A stretch of DNA of 64,000 bases. Source: Mytilus californianus (Eukaryota). Positions 58,600 to 64,000 of this stretch are shown piece by piece; within the stretch, counting starts at the first letter, position 1; every line of letters begins with the position of its first letter. The translations under genes and the position numbers were made by a program. The stretch covers positions 19,096,001-19,160,000 of the forward strand of contig NW_026262615.1 in assembly GCF_021869535.1 (NCBI RefSeq). Direction: 5' to 3'. The notes beneath the pieces are model-generated. The model made no database searches. It had not been told where the DNA came from and worked only from the letters and a program-made list of their open reading frames with translations.

Positions 58600-59405
58600 A
58601 CTACAGCTACTGTAGAAACTATTTGTTAGTAACTGTCGACACTACAGCTACTGTAGAAACTATTTGTTTGTAACTGTCGACACTACAGCTACTGTAGAAA
58701 CTATTTGTTTGTAACTGTCGACACTACAGCTACTGTAGAAACTATTTGTTTGTAACTGCCGACACTACAGCTACTGTAGAAACTATTTGTTAGTAACTGT
58801 CGACACTACAGCTACTGTAGAAACTATTTGTTAGTAACTGTCGACACTACAGCTACTGTAGAAACTATTTGTTAGTAACTTTCGACACTACAGCTACTGT
58901 AGAAACTATTTGTTAGTAACTTTCGACACTTCAGCTACTGTAGAAACTATTTTTTAGTAACTGTCGACACTACAGCTACTGTAGAAACTATTTGTTAGTA
59001 AGCGTCGACACTACAGCTACTGTAGAAACTATTTGTTAGTAATTTTTGACACTACAGCTACTGTAGAAACTATTTGTTAGTAACTTTCGACACTACAGCT
59101 ACTGTAGAAACTATTTGTTAGTAACTTTCGACGCTACAGCTACTGTAGAAACTATTTGTTAGTAACTTTCGACACTACAGTTACTGTAGAAAATATTTGT
59201 CAGTAAATTTCGACACTACAGCTACTGTAGAAACTATTTGTTAGTAACTTTCGACACTACAGCTACTGTAGAAACTATTTGTTTGTAACTTTCGACACTA
59301 CAGCTACTGTAGAAACTTTTTGTTAGTAACTTTCGACACTTCAGCTACTGTAGAAACTTCGACACTACAGCTCCTATAGAAACTATTTGTTAATAACTTT
59401 CGACA
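58600..59405 (+). repeat. 41-bp minisatellite, ~20 copies
   Basis: Unit ACTACAGCTACTGTAGAAACTATTTGTTAGTAAC(T/G)TCGAC; one shortened unit near 59340. Confidence 0.95.
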
Positions 59406-59994
59406 CCAGAGCACGTACCAAATGTTTAGCTTACAAAGAATAAAACTAGAAAGTTGTTCAACAACTAAATAGTTGATTATTAATGCATGAATTTTTAAAA
59501 TCCAAATCAATCTGGGTAATATTTTCAAAACCGTACAACCATATTGTGATTGGTTTTATGTTATAAACAGTGAATATTTAAACAAGCGTGCTATTATTTT
59601 CTGTTTGTGTAACGGAACACCATAAACCTTTAGAGTTTGAAACCTGGTCATAAATATCATATGAAACAACGTTTTGCATAATAATTATTATACTTCTCCG
59701 TAGTAAAATGTTATGATGTAATTTTCGCATGTAGTTTGAAGCTATTGTCAAGCGTAGCTATCACAAAGATGATCTGTTAATGTCAGAAGAATTTGTCTGA
59801 CTTGCAACGGCGTATTTGAAATATTAACTGATTTACCTGTAAGATATATCCAAATGCTAACATGTAATAGCGTGACTGAAAATTTTAAATGCATGTTTTA
59901 TGTTTTTGCTTATATATAATGATCTCAACTATATCGAGGTCAAGGATTTTTTGTAAACTGTCATCACATAATGCTACGAGGAGTTAGAATTTTT

Positions 59995-60230
59995 GGGGGC
60001 CTCAGTGGTCGCGTGGTACAAATGTAAAAAAATAAAATAGCAACGGTTACTGAAAGTGACTTTAAACACATTAAAACAAAAACAAAGTGGCAGAAAGGGG
60101 CATTAAAGACCTCTGTATAAGATTGCTGAAAGGGGAATTAAACATTCCAAATAGAGTGGTCGATAGTGTCATTAAAAACAACCAAATAGGTTGCTGAAAG
60201 TAGCATTAAACATCACCAAAATAAACAATA
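59995..60230 (+). mobile_element. SINE remnant with tRNA-like head and tandemly repeated tail motif
   Basis: GGGGCCTCAGTGGTCGCGTGGT (A-box-like), then about 5 degenerate GTTGCTGAAAGTGGCATTAAAC units. Confidence 0.45.
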
Positions 60231-61905
60231 AAATAAAACAAACTCCGTATTTTGAATCCTTCGAAATGTTTTAAAATTAACTGTATGGTTCTCTGTCATT
60301 GAGCTGTCACTTCCGATATTTCGTCTGTACAAAACAGTTAACGTTTTTAATTGAAAAGCTTAGTTTTGATTGATTTTCCCTGATGTTGTTTAAGACATAA
60401 ACCGTATTTTTTTTGCTGATAAAATGATAATTTGGTATTCATAGGAATAAAAAGATATGTTGGGTAAACGTCGATGAGATAATAATTAGTCGATGTAAAT
60501 CACCAATAGACATAAGGAGGTAAACAAATAATACAGTCTGCAAACAGATCTTTAGATAATATTGAGAATAAATTAAGGATTTCAACATGAATTCGGGTCC
60601 GGTCAGAAAGAGCATACCGAAATGTAGTGTTTATTCAAAACAAAATAGTTCCTACGCATGTGTGTGTGGTATTCAACTTTTGAAATAAGTAACTTTTGTA
60701 TCAAATGATGGCTGTTTGACTGATGATCATTGTAGAACAATTTTTGACAAATAATTTTAAATAATACAACAATTGCATGAAATTGAAAAAAGAGGCTACC
60801 TGTTTCTCAGATCTGATGTACCTGTTGTGGTACTACCTAACTTCCGGGAACCAGTAGGCTCTTATATGCAATTAAAAGTATGTTGATGTTTTCAGTACAT
60901 TACAAGCTAAGGTAGCGTTTTGACATCAAATGGTTGCCTCCTGAAAAAGAAACTATGAAAGATTTGACATCAACATCAAAGTCTTAAACTTTTAAACACC
61001 GATTAAGATATGACATAAGTCAATAACTGACTGTGACATTACTGATCATAACCGGAATTCTTATCCATATTTGTTCCGGTCTTTGTTGATGTATTGGCTT
61101 TGATCTGTATCATTACTGTGTTTTTGGTTAATGAGTAACCATGTCGTTAGTTGAACGTTGTTTCTTTGACTTGAATCAGCCTGATTTTACAATTTAGCAA
61201 CCCATAGATTCAGCACACCACTGTTGAGAGTCCTGACTTGGCACAGATACAGTCCATTTTACAAAAGGTACTACATCTTAATCGAAGAACATACGAACTT
61301 TTACAAATCTTATCATCCAAACATCAATTTGTTTTTTAGTTACATTATAGGGATATGAAACATGGGACAAGTAACATATTTAGTAATCTTGATAATACTT
61401 TATAAATATAGTGCGTCAAAAATGATCAAAACCAAAATTTTGAAAACTCAGGATGTATAATTACTAAAAAAAACACGAGGAACTATATAACCAAATAGGA
61501 ACATAATAAGAGTAGCCAAATCCATCTAAGTTCAACTTTGCCTGAGGGATTTGGAACCTTATTTTTCTAAACATTTCGAAATTTATCAACAGAGAATTTA
61601 TCAAGGTATGTTATAAATCATGTAAATGCCAATGTACTGACTTTTAGTGTAAATATGTTTTATTAAAGAATTAGTCATGAATCGCTACAGTTTGTACAGG
61701 AGTAAAAATATACGAAATTTACAAGTTCTTTAAAAAATTGTCAGGAAACACCATCAGTGCTCTTATATAAATCAACCTCCGCATAGTACAGACTATTGGA
61801 AAGATGATACCACCGGAAACTTACAGCACACTAGCAGCTGTATCGGATTTTCTACTGTCATTGATAAGTTGTATATAAACGTTCAACTCGAATATCAATG
61901 ACCTA

Positions 61906-62042
61906 GCCTTGCGGTCATAAACATTTCGAGCACGATTATCATACTCAGACTCCAAATTCAACCAATCAAAATACTGGATTTGGTGTTTCGAGCACAAATT
62001 TTGTACTCCGAGTACTGAGTAAAGTTTTATGACCGAGGGCCC
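61906..62042. mobile_element. Small MITE (~140 bp)
   Basis: GCCTTGCGGTCATAAAC...TTTATGACCGAGGGC imperfect TIRs. Confidence 0.6.
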
Positions 62043-64000
62043 TAATCTCGGAATAGTATAAGTTATATATATATGAAAATTTAAGGTTCAACTCCAATAC
62101 CAATGACCTCATGCCTGATTTTTATGCTCATTTGAAATAAGACAATAACAACAGACGTGTATAAATCCTAATATAATCTTTATGTAATAATCCCTTTATA
62201 ACACCTGAAATACATATTCTAATTAGTTTTGATTTCATTATTAATTTTGAAAGTCATGTATTAAGGATAACGACAGCTATTTTATCCGGAATGTATATTT
62301 ATGTAGCTCCTATGGATTGTATTATTACGTTCTTATATTCATATTTACGTAAACATATTTGTTATTCTAAGAGCTGAACTTAATCCTTGATATTATATAT
62401 AATCTTAAGTTGTAAGTACGATGGTATTAACCTTATACTCTATAAACGAATGAATGACCTGCGTATGCATTGTTACATGTTAATGACTTTGTCTTCTTGA
62501 ACTATAGATATGCAAAACATCTTTTAAAGACGCCATCACAAGTTTGTTGACCACAACATGAGAGACAAATTTTCCGAATATAACTATGGAAAAGAAAGAT
62601 ATGGCATATAAATTCATGACGCACAATAAGTATTACTACCGTACGTGAAAAAAGCAAAAACAAATTATGCTTTTATTACTGTTCTTCGTCTCAATTGATT
62701 GCATTCTTTAATACCTCGGGTAAGACTCCTTTAGCTTGGTCTTTTTTTTTAAACATGTACGGTGTCAAATGCATTGTCATTGATATTTTTAAAATCCTTA
62801 ATCAAGTAGCCAATAGAGTACTTTTACATATGAATAGGATATTCTTATCAACCTCGCCGACGTGCCGCATAATATTGTCAATTTTTCTTAATTAAACAAA
62901 TGGGATGGGGTCGTGGAGACTTCACGTGGCATCGCTCGATTAGTACCGAATTTGTAGTTTCAAAATGATCGGATCCTTTTTCATTTATTCTTAATACTCA
63001 TGCACTACATCCATTAGTAAATGATTTTTTTTAAAGATATAATAAAACAAAGTGAACTCAAGTGATCGGAAAAGGATTAGCATGTTTTGGGATTTTTTAG
63101 AATTTAGAAATCAAGAGATCAGTCGAATTCGGTGGTCTCATAAACAGGATAGGAACGACGGGTTCATAGGTACGACAAATAGAATAACAAACTTCAAAGA
63201 CATTTATAAAAATATGGTTTTGCAATTACGTTCAATGAAACTATTTGCTTTTATCTTTAATGAAGATAGACTTTCATATAAGTTACACAAGAAAGATAAA
63301 TAGTGAATTTAAATTTACAACTGGCAAGCTGATTAATCAAAACAGAAAACGTAATAGACTATGTAGCAACTCAATAAACATATCAGTTAAAACAGATGTA
63401 ACTAGAAGATGCATCCTTTGAATACGTTTCTATTTACAATTTTTAAAAGTGGTTTTGTACAATAGTTTAGCATACTGTGGACATGCGTGATTCGCAATTA
63501 CATTTTTATCTATTTCACAGAGAGTATCTAAAATAAGCAGAACAAGTGATTTTTCCGTTTCGCTTGTTTCATATAAAAGTTCCATATAACAACCTGGTTT
63601 TACAAATATATAACTGGTTACTCAAAACGACAAGGCTTAAAAGTACCGAATTATTTATATAAAACTCAGATTTGGAACAGTATGGTGTTTTTTCTCATTG
63701 TTGAAAGCTGTGCGTACACCTTTAGATGTATACATCCTTATGACATGGTCTCTGGTAGATGGAACCCCCTTTTTTATGATCAATGCTTTTGAATGGGGAC
63801 ATATGGTTGGAACCCCTTCCCTTTTAAAAATCCGCCCCTGAAAATATTTTTTTTTGTTTGTAAGTCCATGTGTAATAAAACACGCTAGGGAGTGAAACAA
63901 CCAGTAGACAAGGAATTTCCGTCTATAGATATAAGAAGATGTGGTATGAGTGCCAATGAGGCAACTCTCCATCCAAGACACAATTTGTTAAAGTAAACCA

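Larger units (their letters stand above)
51873..64000 (+). other. KCNQ intron following the first coding exon (extends beyond window)
   Basis: Canonical GTAAGT donor at 51873-51878. No sequence encoding the expected S1 continuation (FLxVFxCLxLSV-like) was found downstream. Confidence 0.75.

Noticed and set aside
58600-59405. 41-bp array with internal palindrome as a CRISPR array
   Set aside because: Units are head-to-tail with no unique spacers, there are no cas genes, and the context is a eukaryotic intron.

Overview
This is an AT-rich, repeat-dense eukaryotic window. The repeat landscape resembles a bivalve, most likely Mytilus; I infer this from remembered repeat motifs, not from a database search. 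The only protein-coding sequence I can support is the first coding exon of a KCNQ (Kv7) potassium channel gene (51451-51872, +). It ends at a phase-2 GT donor, and its intron runs past the window end. The main hidden signal is about 20 minimal type I hammerhead ribozyme (HHR) motifs on both strands. They fall into three sequence families with covarying stems and palindromic stem III, and sit in ~300-380 nt tandem units typical of non-LTR retrozymes or Penelope-like element ends. Several have intact catalytic cores (1714, 10933, 19960, 28021, 54934, 56385); the rest are point-mutated or decayed. Other structure: a ~4.4/5.0 kb tandem segmental duplication (27795-37220); a 1.5 kb foldback-type MITE with a 6-bp TSD that splits a hammerhead; Kolobok-like and other MITEs; a Helentron/pearl-like element; SINE remnants; many copies of several non-autonomous repeat families; and 19-, 26- and 41-bp minisatellites. 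No transposase or reverse transcriptase ORF is present. Repeat boundaries are approximate and identities were judged by eye.
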